Of a stretch of 64,000 nucleotides of DNA, positions 49,662-58,652 are shown piece after piece (position 1 is the stretch's first letter; each line of letters starts with the position of its first letter). The notes under the pieces are model-generated. The model did not search any database. It saw only the letters and a program-made list of their open reading frames with translations, and was not told where the DNA came from. This DNA comes from Alphaproteobacteria bacterium (lineage in GTDB: Bacteria; Pseudomonadota; Alphaproteobacteria; UBA828; JAPUJA01): contig CAVOEB010000002.1 of assembly GCA_963694715.1 (NCBI GenBank), positions 4,305-68,304 on the forward strand. Reading direction: 5' to 3'. The position numbers were made by a program, and so were the translations under genes.

Positions 49662-51071
49662 TCAATCTGCGAAAATCACGCCCGGGTTCATGATGCCGTT
49701 GGGATCGAGGGTTCGTTTGAGCCGGCGCATCAGCGCGATCTCTTCTTCCGTGCGACAAAGCCCGAGATAGTCCCGCTTCATAATACCGATTCCGTGCTCG
49801 GCGCTGATGCTGCCTTCGGCGTCGGCCACGAGGGTGTAGATGCGCTCTGCAAGGGGAGCGCCCTTCGCCCGGAACGTCTCGTCGGGCGCCTCGCGCTTCT
49901 GCACCATGTTGACGTGCAGATTGCCGTCGCCGAGATGGCCGTATACCAGGCAAAGCACGCCGCCGATGGCTTGGGCAATCGCGTCGAGTTTGGGCAGGAC
50001 CTCCGGGATCCGGCCGGGCGGCACGGTGACGTCGAACTTATGGGTCAGACCCTCGCGGCTGATCGCCTCGGTCACACCTTCGCGTAGCTGCCACAGTGCC
50101 GCCGCCTGGTCCTCCGATTCCGCGATCACGGCATCGACGGCATGCCCAGCCTCCAGGGCTGCCGCGAGAGCGTCCAGGAACCCCTCGCGTTCGCCCGCGC
50201 CCGCGCCGGATTCCGCCTCGACCAGGACGAGCAGAGGATAGATCGTGGCAAAGGGCCGGCGCGCCGCGGCATTATGCCGGAACAACAGCTCGATCGCCTC
50301 GCACCTGATCATCTCGAGCGACGAGAGCCCGGGCAGACCCTGGCGTAAGACTTCCAACAGACCGATGGCGGCAGTTGCAGTCTCGACCCCGAACAGCGCC
50401 GTGTGCCGGGCGGCGGGCCGGGGATGGGCCTGGAGTACGAGACGGGTGATCACGCCGAGAATGCCCTCGGATCCGATGAACAGCTGCTTGAGATCGAGGC
50501 CGGTGTTGTTTTTCCGCAGCTTGTTGAGCCCGCTCACCACGGTGCCGTCGGCCAGGACCGCCTCAATGCCGCGAATCTGGTCGCGCACATGGCCGTAGCG
50601 GATCACCTTGACGCCGCCCGCATTGGTCGACGCCATGCCGCCCAGCTGACAGGACCCGCGGGCCCCGAGATCGACGGGAAATACCTGCTCCCGCTCCGCG
50701 AGATACCGGTGCAAATTTTCCAGCACGACGCCGGCCTGGACCCGGACCGTGCCCGATGCGCTATCGAACTCTTCGATCGCGTTGAGCCGCGCAAGGCTGA
50801 GTACAACCTCGCCGTCGCGCGGCACCGAGCCGCCGACCAGCCCCGTGTTGCCGCCCTGGGGCACGACCGCGATACCATGGGCATCGCAGGCGCGCAGCAA
50901 CGTGCTGACCTGCTCGATGCTGTTGGGGCGAGCAACGAGGGCGGGCCGGCCGCTGAACTTGCGGGTCCAGTCGACGCCATAGGGGGCGACCTCGTCGGGC
51001 CCGGTCAGATACAATCCGGGCTCGTCGAGTGCCCCACGTAGCCGGCCCTCGATGTCGGTCATGACTTGCAC
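49662..51071 (-). CDS. FAD-linked oxidase (GlcD / D-lactate / D-2-hydroxyglutarate dehydrogenase family)
   Basis: 469 aa with PCMH-type FAD-binding domain (…VVPQGGNTGLVGGS…). Confidence 0.8.
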   Translation of the reverse strand: MQVMTDIEGRLRGALDEPGLYLTGPDEVAPYGVDWTRKFSGRPALVARPNSIEQVSTLLRACDAHGIAVVPQGGNTGLVGGSVPRDGEVVLSLARLNAIEEFDSASGTVRVQAGVVLENLHRYLAEREQVFPVDLGARGSCQLGGMASTNAGGVKVIRYGHVRDQIRGIEAVLADGTVVSGLNKLRKNNTGLDLKQLFIGSEGILGVITRLVLQAHPRPAARHTALFGVETATAAIGLLEVLRQGLPGLSSLEMIRCEAIELLFRHNAAARRPFATIYPLLVLVEAESGAGAGEREGFLDALAAALEAGHAVDAVIAESEDQAAALWQLREGVTEAISREGLTHKFDVTVPPGRIPEVLPKLDAIAQAIGGVLCLVYGHLGDGNLHVNMVQKREAPDETFRAKGAPLAERIYTLVADAEGSISAEHGIGIMKRDYLGLCRTEEEIALMRRLKRTLDPNGIMNPGVIFAD

Positions 51072-51138
51072 CTTCTCAGCGGAGCCCTAAACTTAGCGCC
51101 GCCAGCTCGAAACTGCACTTGCGAAAGCGCTGCTCCCT

Positions 51139-51801
51139 GTGAATCCGACGATCTTGTTTCTCGATTTCGACGGCGTCGTCGCCGACAGTATGCCGGCCAA
51201 GACCGATGCCTTCATCAAGGCGTTCGAGGGCTGCGGCTTTGCCCCCGACGCGATCGGCCGACTCTATCGTCGATTCTCAGGCAGCGGTCGGGACCGCATT
51301 TTTACCCTCGTCTTCGAGGAATTGGCCGCGCGCGCCATGACGGACGCGGAGCACAGCCGGGCGCAGGCGATCTTCGCCCGACTGGAAACGCAAGCCACAC
51401 CGGGACTGGCGCTATTTCCCGGGGTTGGGGATTTTTTGGCCCACGAGGCGACGCGACGCAGCCTCGTACTGGTGACGGGAACGCCCGCCGGGGTGATTGA
51501 TGCGATCCTTGAAAGCCTCGGCATAGCCGGTCATTTTACCGCCGTCTACAGCGCCACGCTCAACAATCCCAAAGAGCGCCATATGGCCGAAGAGCTCGAA
51601 TTCACCAACGTCTCGGCCGCCAACGCCCTGATGGTCGGCGATTCACTGGTCGACATGGAGGCCGCAAAGGCCGCGAACGTCGCCTTCGTCGGTGTCGGCG
51701 ACCCGGAATTCTTCGCTGGTGGAACGGCCGTTGCGATCATCGACAACCTGCCTGATATCGGCGCCCGGTTCGACGGGGCATGGCAAGAGAAGCCGGGGTG
51801 A
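51139..51801 (+). CDS. HAD-superfamily phosphatase (phosphoglycolate-phosphatase/beta-PGM-like)
   Basis: N-terminal DxDG motif LFLDFDGVVADS. Confidence 0.75.
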   Translation: MNPTILFLDFDGVVADSMPAKTDAFIKAFEGCGFAPDAIGRLYRRFSGSGRDRIFTLVFEELAARAMTDAEHSRAQAIFARLETQATPGLALFPGVGDFLAHEATRRSLVLVTGTPAGVIDAILESLGIAGHFTAVYSATLNNPKERHMAEELEFTNVSAANALMVGDSLVDMEAAKAANVAFVGVGDPEFFAGGTAVAIIDNLPDIGARFDGAWQEKPG

Positions 51802-52673
51802 TGTTCGAAGGCTTCGAACAGCGGACCATCGAGACCGACGGCGCAGCCATCGATCTCGTGGTGGGCGGCGACGGGCCGTCGGTCCTGCTGCTTCACGGCT
51901 ATCCCCAGACCCGCGCCATGTGGCACGCCGTTGCGCCGAAGCTGGCAGAACGTTACCGGGTGGTGGTGCCCGACCTGCGCGGTTACGGCGACAGCACGAA
52001 GCCGCCAGGCGGCCCCGACCACGCGGGATACTCCAAACGCGCCATGGCCGCCGACCAAGTCGCCGTCATGGCCGCGTTGGGCGCGGACCGCTTCGCGGTT
52101 CTGGGCCACGACCGGGGCGCACGGGTGGGACACCGGATGGCGCTCGACCACCGGGACCGGGTGGAGCGGCTTGCGGTGCTCGATATCGTGCCCACGCTGG
52201 CGGTGTTCAGCCAGCTTAGCCAGGGCGTCGCGACGGGCTACTACCACTGGTTCTTCCTGATCCAGGACGAGCCGCTGCCCGAGCGGCTGATCGGCAACGA
52301 TCCGAAATTTTACCTGCACTGGTGCCTTGCCCGGCTCGGCGGCAGCCTCGAGATGTTCCACCCGGACGCGCTGGCCGAATACGAGCGCTGCTTCACTGCC
52401 GAGACCATCCATGCGAGCTGCGAGGACTATCGCGCTGCGGCATCGATCGACCTCGATCACGACCGGGCCGATCTCGACCGAATCCTCACCTGCCCGGTGC
52501 TCGCCCTGTGGGGCGCCCAGGGGCGGGTTCACCAGTGGTACGACGTGCTTGCATGTTGGCGCGAACGCGCCGAACAGGTATCGGGTAACGCGATCGATGC
52601 CGGCCATTTTCTGGTCGAGGAGCGTGCCTCCGGGGTCGGCGACGCCCTGCTCGACTTTCTCGGAACAGGCTGA
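51801..52673 (+). CDS. Alpha/beta-hydrolase, fluoroacetate/haloacetate dehalogenase (DehH1/FAcD) family
   Basis: Start MFEGFEQRTIE overlaps the HAD stop (TGATG). LHGYPQT…DLRGYGDSTKP…PDHAGYS, nucleophile region GHDRGARVGHRMALDH, halide-pocket HW in YYHWFF, and SCEDYRAAASID all mirror FAcD signatures as recalled. Confidence 0.7.
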   Translation: MFEGFEQRTIETDGAAIDLVVGGDGPSVLLLHGYPQTRAMWHAVAPKLAERYRVVVPDLRGYGDSTKPPGGPDHAGYSKRAMAADQVAVMAALGADRFAVLGHDRGARVGHRMALDHRDRVERLAVLDIVPTLAVFSQLSQGVATGYYHWFFLIQDEPLPERLIGNDPKFYLHWCLARLGGSLEMFHPDALAEYERCFTAETIHASCEDYRAAASIDLDHDRADLDRILTCPVLALWGAQGRVHQWYDVLACWRERAEQVSGNAIDAGHFLVEERASGVGDALLDFLGTG

Positions 52674-52676
52674 ACC

Positions 52677-53915
52677 GTGAAGATCCTCGTGCTTGGAGCC
52701 GGCATCGTCGGCGTGACGTTGGCCTGGTTTCTCGCCCAGGACGGCCACGAGGTCACGGTGATCGAGCGGCGCGAGGGCGCGGGGTTGGAGACCAGCTTTG
52801 CCAACGGTGGCCAGCTCGCGAGCAGTTCCGCCGAGCCTTGGGCGAACCCGGCGGCGATCCGCACCGCGCTATCCTCCATCGGCCGCGAGGACGGAACGCT
52901 GATCATGCGCCTGCGCGCCGATCCCGCCATGTGGCTCTGGTGTCTGCAGTTTTTACGCAACTGCACAACCGCACGCGCCCGGCGCAACCGGATACCCCTG
53001 ATCAGGCTGGGCCTGCATTCCCGCGCCATGATGGAAACCGTGCTGGCCGAGACCACGATCGCGTTCGACGAGGAACGCCGTGGAATTCTCGATCTCGTGG
53101 CCGACCCCCGCACGCTCGAGCGTGAAGCCCGTCATGGCGACGATGGCACCGGGCGCGAGGTCGTCGATCACGCCCGTTGCCTAGCCATCGAGCCCGCGCT
53201 CGAAGACTGCCGGGACAAATTCGCCGGCGGGCTTTACTTCCCGACCGACCGCAGCGGCGACGCGCATCGCTTTACCCACTCGCTGGCCGCAGATTGCGAA
53301 CGCCTTGGAGTCGAGTTTCGCTACGAAACCGCAATTTCGAGAATCCGCACTCAAGGCGACATGGTTTCTTCGGTCGAGACGAGCGCCGGCTCACTCACGG
53401 CGGATGCCTACGTCCTGTGCCTGGGCAGTGAAAGCCGCCGCCTGGCCCGCCCGCTTGGCCTGCGCCTGCCAATCTACCCGGTGAAGGGTTATTCCGTGAC
53501 CATCCCCACAGCGGGAGCCAACCGGGCGCCCCGGGTCAGCCTGTCCGATGAAACTCGGAAAATCGTTATTTCGCGCCTGGGCGACCGGCTGCGCGCTGCC
53601 GGCACCGCCGAGCTTGCGGGCGACGATAGAACCCTAAATCCGGTGCGCAGCCGCGCCGTGCTGAACGCACTGATGGACCTGTTCCCCAACGGCGGCGATG
53701 CCGAGCAGGCGGAGTTCTGGACTGGTTTGCGCCCCATGACGCCCGACGGTGCCCCGATTTTGGGGCCAAGTACGCATCTCAACCTGTTCCTCAACACCGG
53801 TCACGGCACGCTCGGCTGGACCACGGCCTGCGGCACCGCCGAACTGCTGGTCGACATCATCGCCGGCCGGTCCCCGGCCATCGAGCTGAACGGACTGACC
53901 CTGGCCCGCTTCTAG
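52677..53915 (+). CDS. dadA: D-amino-acid dehydrogenase small subunit (FAD)
   Basis: MKILVLGAGIVGVTLAWFLAQDGHEVTVIER… and overall DadA pattern. Confidence 0.8.
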   Translation: MKILVLGAGIVGVTLAWFLAQDGHEVTVIERREGAGLETSFANGGQLASSSAEPWANPAAIRTALSSIGREDGTLIMRLRADPAMWLWCLQFLRNCTTARARRNRIPLIRLGLHSRAMMETVLAETTIAFDEERRGILDLVADPRTLEREARHGDDGTGREVVDHARCLAIEPALEDCRDKFAGGLYFPTDRSGDAHRFTHSLAADCERLGVEFRYETAISRIRTQGDMVSSVETSAGSLTADAYVLCLGSESRRLARPLGLRLPIYPVKGYSVTIPTAGANRAPRVSLSDETRKIVISRLGDRLRAAGTAELAGDDRTLNPVRSRAVLNALMDLFPNGGDAEQAEFWTGLRPMTPDGAPILGPSTHLNLFLNTGHGTLGWTTACGTAELLVDIIAGRSPAIELNGLTLARF

Positions 53916-53997
53916 GGTCGCTTCAGGGGGCGATTGCCCGCGCGGCGTACTCCGCTAGAATGACGACTTCATTGGATGAAGAGGGAGCGCGCGGGCT

Positions 53998-55227
53998 ATG
54001 GCAGAGACAATAGAGATCAACCGCGATCGCCTGATCAGCCGGCTCAACGAGCTGGCTAAAATCGGCGCGACGCCGGCGGGCGGCGTGCACCGACTTGCCT
54101 ATACGGACGAGGACAAGGCGGGCCGCGATCTTTTCGTGCGCTGGTGCGAAGACGCCGGGCTCGCGGTACGGGTCGACGAGATGGGCAATATTTTTGCCCG
54201 TCACGGCGACGCCGACGGTGCGCCGGTATTCGCCGGCTCTCATCTCGACAGCCAACCCAAGGGCGGACGCTACGACGGCGCCTACGGCGTGCTGGGCGCA
54301 TTGGAGGCCGTGCAATCCATCAAGGAGGCCGGCCACGCCCTCGCCCACCCCGTCGAGGCCGTGGCCTGGAGCAACGAGGAAGGCAGCCGCTTTCCCCCCT
54401 CCATGATCGGATCGGGCGTGTTCGCCGGACACTTTACCCTGGACTACGCCTATGGCTGCACCAGCCGCGACGGCAAGACCCAGGGCGGAGAGCTTGAACG
54501 CATCGGCTACAAGGGCGACGTGCCGTGCAAGGCGGGGGCGTTGCACCGCTATTTCGAGTTACATATCGAGCAAGGCCCTATTCTCGACGCCGAGGAAATT
54601 CGGCTCGGCGTCGTCGAAGGCGTCTATGGCCTCTACTGGCTTGAGCTGCGCCTCAAGGGCCAGGCCAACCACGCCGGCTCGACGCCCATGGAGTTGCGCC
54701 GCGACACGCTGATGGCCGCCGCCGAAATCTTTCTCGCGGCCGAGAAGCTACCCACGGAGATGGGCGACGGCAACCGCCTGACCGTAGGCTATATCGAGGT
54801 CGTTCCCAACTCGGTCAATGTGATCCCCGGCGATCTTACCTGCACCTTCGATCTGCGCTCGCAAGATCCGGCGACACTCGATGGAATGCGCGAACGCCTG
54901 GCCGCCATCATCGAGGAGATCGCGGCGCGGCGCTCCCTGGAGCACGAAATCGTCGAGCTTTCGGCGAACCCCATGGTGACTTTCGCACCCTCCTGCCAGG
55001 ACGTCGTCGAACAGGCGGCTCAAGCCCTCGGCCTGTCCAACCAGCGCATGTATTCCGGCCCCGGGCACGACGCCGTGTGGGTCTCGACGGTGTGCGACAC
55101 AGGCATGATCTTTGTGCCCAGCATCGGCGGTATCAGCCATGCCGAGATCGAGGACACCCTCGACGACGATCTCGCCGCCGGGGCGCGCGTGCTGGCAACC
55201 GCCATGTGGAAGAGCGCGGCCGGCTGA
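53998..55227 (+). CDS. M20-family amidohydrolase (N-carbamoyl-L-amino-acid hydrolase / allantoate amidohydrolase type)
   Basis: 409 aa. Pattern …GSHLDSQPKGGRYDGAYGVLGALEAV… typical of AmaB/AllC. Confidence 0.8.
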   Translation: MAETIEINRDRLISRLNELAKIGATPAGGVHRLAYTDEDKAGRDLFVRWCEDAGLAVRVDEMGNIFARHGDADGAPVFAGSHLDSQPKGGRYDGAYGVLGALEAVQSIKEAGHALAHPVEAVAWSNEEGSRFPPSMIGSGVFAGHFTLDYAYGCTSRDGKTQGGELERIGYKGDVPCKAGALHRYFELHIEQGPILDAEEIRLGVVEGVYGLYWLELRLKGQANHAGSTPMELRRDTLMAAAEIFLAAEKLPTEMGDGNRLTVGYIEVVPNSVNVIPGDLTCTFDLRSQDPATLDGMRERLAAIIEEIAARRSLEHEIVELSANPMVTFAPSCQDVVEQAAQALGLSNQRMYSGPGHDAVWVSTVCDTGMIFVPSIGGISHAEIEDTLDDDLAAGARVLATAMWKSAAG

Positions 55228-55269
55228 CGGCGCGTAAACAGGCTCGAAAGCCCGCGGAATAATGCACCG

Positions 55270-55737
55270 ATGCTGACCATCTTCCTGATCGCCTTCGTGA
55301 CCGTCGCTTACGCGGGCTACAACCTGTTCGTCAAGGTGGCCGCCGATCACCTGCCCGCTACAACGACTACGACAGTGCTGGCAACGCTGTCGATGCAGGT
55401 TATGACGTTGATCCCCACCCTCGGCTTGCTTGCCATCCTATCGATCCAGGGTGGACACAACTTCAAGCTGAATTTGGGCACCGTTAAGTGGGCGATGATC
55501 GCGGGCTTGTGTATCGGCAGTGCGGAGGTCGCCTACTACTATCTTTTTTCCGGGTTGGGCGGCGGCCGGACAATGCCCGCCAATGTCGTCATTCCCATCG
55601 TCGTCTGCGGCACCGTGGTGATTACAGCCCTCGTGTCTTTCTTCCTTTTTCGCGAAAGCTTTTCCTGGCCGCAGATCCTGGGCTCGGCACTGGTGATCGG
55701 CGGCGTGTTTTTGATTCTCTGGGGCCCGCGTTCGTGA
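55270..55737 (+). CDS. Small EamA/ArnE-like 4-TM membrane protein
   Basis: 155-aa hydrophobic protein. Directly upstream of a GT2 glycosyltransferase. Confidence 0.55.
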   Translation: MLTIFLIAFVTVAYAGYNLFVKVAADHLPATTTTTVLATLSMQVMTLIPTLGLLAILSIQGGHNFKLNLGTVKWAMIAGLCIGSAEVAYYYLFSGLGGGRTMPANVVIPIVVCGTVVITALVSFFLFRESFSWPQILGSALVIGGVFLILWGPRS

Positions 55738-55762
55738 GGAGGCTCCCGGCAGGTAGCGTGGC

Positions 55763-56881
55763 GTGAGCGGGATGATCTTCGCCGCAGCCAGCGCGGCAAT
55801 CTGGCTCGTTATCCTGCTCTTGCCGTGGCGGCCCTGGAGCACCCGCGAAACCCTCGATGCGACACCGGGCGAACCTGCGCCCGACCTCTCCGACCTGACC
55901 GTTTTGATCCCGGCCCGTAACGAAGCGAGCGTCATAGGCGAAGTGCTCGCCGCGCTCGGCGCGCAAGGTTCGCACTTACGAATCGTCCTGATCGACGACC
56001 AATCCGACGACGGCACGGCAGCGGCGGCCCGCGCCGGCTCACCCGAGGGTCTGGAGATCGTCAACGGCGAGCCACTTCCGGAGGGCTGGAGCGGCAAGCT
56101 CTGGGCTCTCGAACAGGGTCGAAAGCACGCCAACACGGCGCTTCTTCTGTTGCTCGATGCGGACATCCGACTTGAGCCCGGAACCATTCCAGCGTTGTTG
56201 CGCCGGCGGGGCGAGAGCGGCGCCGCGTTCGTGTCGCTGATGGCCCAGCTGCGTATGGTCAGCGGATGGGAAATCCTGCTGATGCCGGCGTTCGTTTATT
56301 TCTTCAAGCTGCTCTACCCCTTCGCACTCTCGAACGCGGCGCGCGGCTCCATCGCGGCGGGCGCGGGAGGCTGCATCCTGGTCGAGGCTCAGGCGATTGA
56401 AAAAATCGGCGGCTTTGGCGCCATCCAGGGCGCGTTGATCGACGATTGCGCGCTGGCACGTGCCATCAAACATGACGGCCAGCGCACCTGGATTGGCCTG
56501 ACCCATTCCGCCGTCAGTCTCCGCTCCTACCGCGTACTGGGCGAAATCTGGGGCATGGTTGCCCGCAATGCCTTTACCCAGTTGCGTTACTCACCCGTTC
56601 TCTTGTTGCTCGTCACCGCCGTCTTCGCGCTGGCCTGCGCCATGCCCCTGCTGGCCCTCGTCGCCTTTCCCGGCGTGGGCGTCAAGATTCTCGGAGGCCT
56701 TGGTCTCGCCGCCATGATCGTGAGCTACATCCCGACGCTCCGCTATTACGGGCTTTCACCCCTGCTTGCCCTTTCCATGCCGGTTATCGGGGCGCTCTAC
56801 CTGGCGATGACCTGGAGTTCGGCGTTCCGCTATTGGCGGGGGCACCGTTCGCGATGGAAGGGGCGCGTCTACCGTCGCTGA
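55763..56881 (+). CDS. Family 2 glycosyltransferase with C-terminal membrane domain (possibly HpnB-like)
   Basis: N-terminal TM, GT-A motifs PARNEA…DDQSDDGT…DAD, multiple C-terminal helices. Confidence 0.7.
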   Translation: MSGMIFAAASAAIWLVILLLPWRPWSTRETLDATPGEPAPDLSDLTVLIPARNEASVIGEVLAALGAQGSHLRIVLIDDQSDDGTAAAARAGSPEGLEIVNGEPLPEGWSGKLWALEQGRKHANTALLLLLDADIRLEPGTIPALLRRRGESGAAFVSLMAQLRMVSGWEILLMPAFVYFFKLLYPFALSNAARGSIAAGAGGCILVEAQAIEKIGGFGAIQGALIDDCALARAIKHDGQRTWIGLTHSAVSLRSYRVLGEIWGMVARNAFTQLRYSPVLLLLVTAVFALACAMPLLALVAFPGVGVKILGGLGLAAMIVSYIPTLRYYGLSPLLALSMPVIGALYLAMTWSSAFRYWRGHRSRWKGRVYRR

Positions 56882-56991
56882 ACCTCGAAGCCACTCTTTT
56901 GATGGAGTGATTGTCCCGTGCCCCGAATTGCGCTAAGCCTGCGCCTGCACCGCGCAACGCGGCGTGGCAAAAGACAACGGCCATCGGGCAC

Positions 56992-57288
56992 ACCATGACG
57001 GACGCGCTGTTCCGGCGCCTCGCTGACACCGACCGGAAACGGGTGGTTATCGTCGTCGACGGCGAGCCGGTCGAAGCCCTGGCCGGCGACACCCTTCTCA
57101 CGGCCCTGCTCACCACCGGCCATCACTTAAGAGATTCCGAATTCGGCGACGGGCCCCGCGCCGGATTTTGTCTGATGGGCGCCTGCCAGGATTGCTGGAT
57201 CAACCTCGAAGCGGGCGGACGGGTTCGGGCCTGCAGCACCTTCGTCTCCGACGGCCTACGAGTGCGCAGGCCCAAATCGACCTCATGA
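56992..57288 (+). CDS. Small [2Fe-2S]-binding subunit (HcnA / sarcosine-oxidase-alpha N-terminal type)
   Basis: Start MTDALFRRLA inferred. Pattern V.VDGEP..A..GDTLL.ALL…F.C.MG.CQDCW…G..R.C. Confidence 0.6.
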   Translation, partial: TMTDALFRRLADTDRKRVVIVVDGEPVEALAGDTLLTALLTTGHHLRDSEFGDGPRAGFCLMGACQDCWINLEAGGRVRACSTFVSDGLRVRRPKSTS

Positions 57289-58652
57289 CGGGCCCTCGTG
57301 TCCTGATCGTTGGCGCTGGGCCGGCCGGCAGCCGCGCCGCCGCCGTCCTCGCCGCTGCGGGCTTGCGGCCGGTCGTCGTTGATGAAGCGCCGCGCAGCGG
57401 GGGCCAGGTATATCGTCGTCCGCCACGGGATTGCCACCGCCCGGCCAAGGATCTCTACGGTTTCGAGGCGGCCAAGGCCCTCGACCTGCACCGAGCCTTC
57501 GATGGCCTGGGCGAGGCCGTCGACTACCGGCCCGAGACCCTGGTCTGGAACGTCCATGACGGCGAGGCCTGCACGCGCCACAGTGACGGCACCCTGGAGC
57601 GTATTCCCTACGACGCAGCCCTGCTTGCTACCGGCGCCATGGACCGGATCATCCCCTTCCCCGGCTGGACGACACCGGGCGTCTACACCCTCGGCGCCGC
57701 GCAGATCGCCTACAAATACCAGGGTTGCGCCATCGGCAGCTGCGTCGCGCTGCTCGGCACCGGCCCGCTTCTCTACCTCGTTGCCTATCAATACGCGACG
57801 CACGGCGCGGAGGTCGCCGTCGTGCTCGATACCGCCCGCCTGAGCGACGGGGTGCGCGCCCTGCCCGACTTGCTGTGGGGCGGGGCGACCTTCGCGAAGG
57901 GCCTTTATTACCGAAGCTGGCTCGCGCTACACGGTATTCCCCTGCGCAACGGGGTGACGCCGATCGGCGTCGACGGCGAAGACCGCGTGCGTGCCCTTCG
58001 CTATCGGGACAGCCGCGGGCGTGAACACCATCTCGCCTGCGATGCACTGGCCTTCGGCTACAGTTTGCGTTCCGAAACCCAGCTTGCCGATCTTTTGGGC
58101 TGCGCCTTCGAGTTCGATCCGCTGGGCTATCAGTGGCGGCCCCGGGCAGACGGCGATGGTCGCGCCAGCATCAAAAGCGTCTACCTCGCCGGAGACGGTG
58201 CCGGGATTTCGGGAGCAGACGCCGCCGATCGGCGGGGCGAACTCGCGGCACTTGCCCTGCTTGCGGATCACGGCCAGGCCGTGGATACGCGTCGGGTGGC
58301 GCGCTTGCGCCGGGAACTTGCCCGCCTGCAACGTTTTCGCCGTGGTCTCGAGACCGCATTTCCCTTTCCGCGACGTCTCGCGGAAGGCCTCGGCGATGAC
58401 GTCCTGCTGTGCCGCTGCGAATCCATCAAGGCCGGAGAATTTCGCGCCCAGGCACACGGTCTCGGCGCCGCCGAGGTGAATCGCGCGAAGGCTTTCAGCC
58501 GCGTCGGCATGGGCCGCTGCCAGGGCCGGGTCTGCCACACCGCAGCGGCCGAAGTTCTGGCGGAACAACTGGGCTGCGAGGCAGCGGCGGTCGGCCGACT
58601 GCGCGGCCAGGCGCCGATCAAACCTTTACCCATCCCGGGGCAGGGCTCATGA
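57285..58652 (+). CDS. FAD/NAD(P)-binding oxidoreductase subunit (HcnB / opine-oxidase subunit A type)
   Basis: Start MTGPRVLIVGAGPAGSRAAAVLAAAG overlaps the upstream stop (ATGA). Cys-rich C-terminal region CRCE…C.GRVC. Confidence 0.75.
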   Translation: MTGPRVLIVGAGPAGSRAAAVLAAAGLRPVVVDEAPRSGGQVYRRPPRDCHRPAKDLYGFEAAKALDLHRAFDGLGEAVDYRPETLVWNVHDGEACTRHSDGTLERIPYDAALLATGAMDRIIPFPGWTTPGVYTLGAAQIAYKYQGCAIGSCVALLGTGPLLYLVAYQYATHGAEVAVVLDTARLSDGVRALPDLLWGGATFAKGLYYRSWLALHGIPLRNGVTPIGVDGEDRVRALRYRDSRGREHHLACDALAFGYSLRSETQLADLLGCAFEFDPLGYQWRPRADGDGRASIKSVYLAGDGAGISGADAADRRGELAALALLADHGQAVDTRRVARLRRELARLQRFRRGLETAFPFPRRLAEGLGDDVLLCRCESIKAGEFRAQAHGLGAAEVNRAKAFSRVGMGRCQGRVCHTAAAEVLAEQLGCEAAAVGRLRGQAPIKPLPIPGQGS

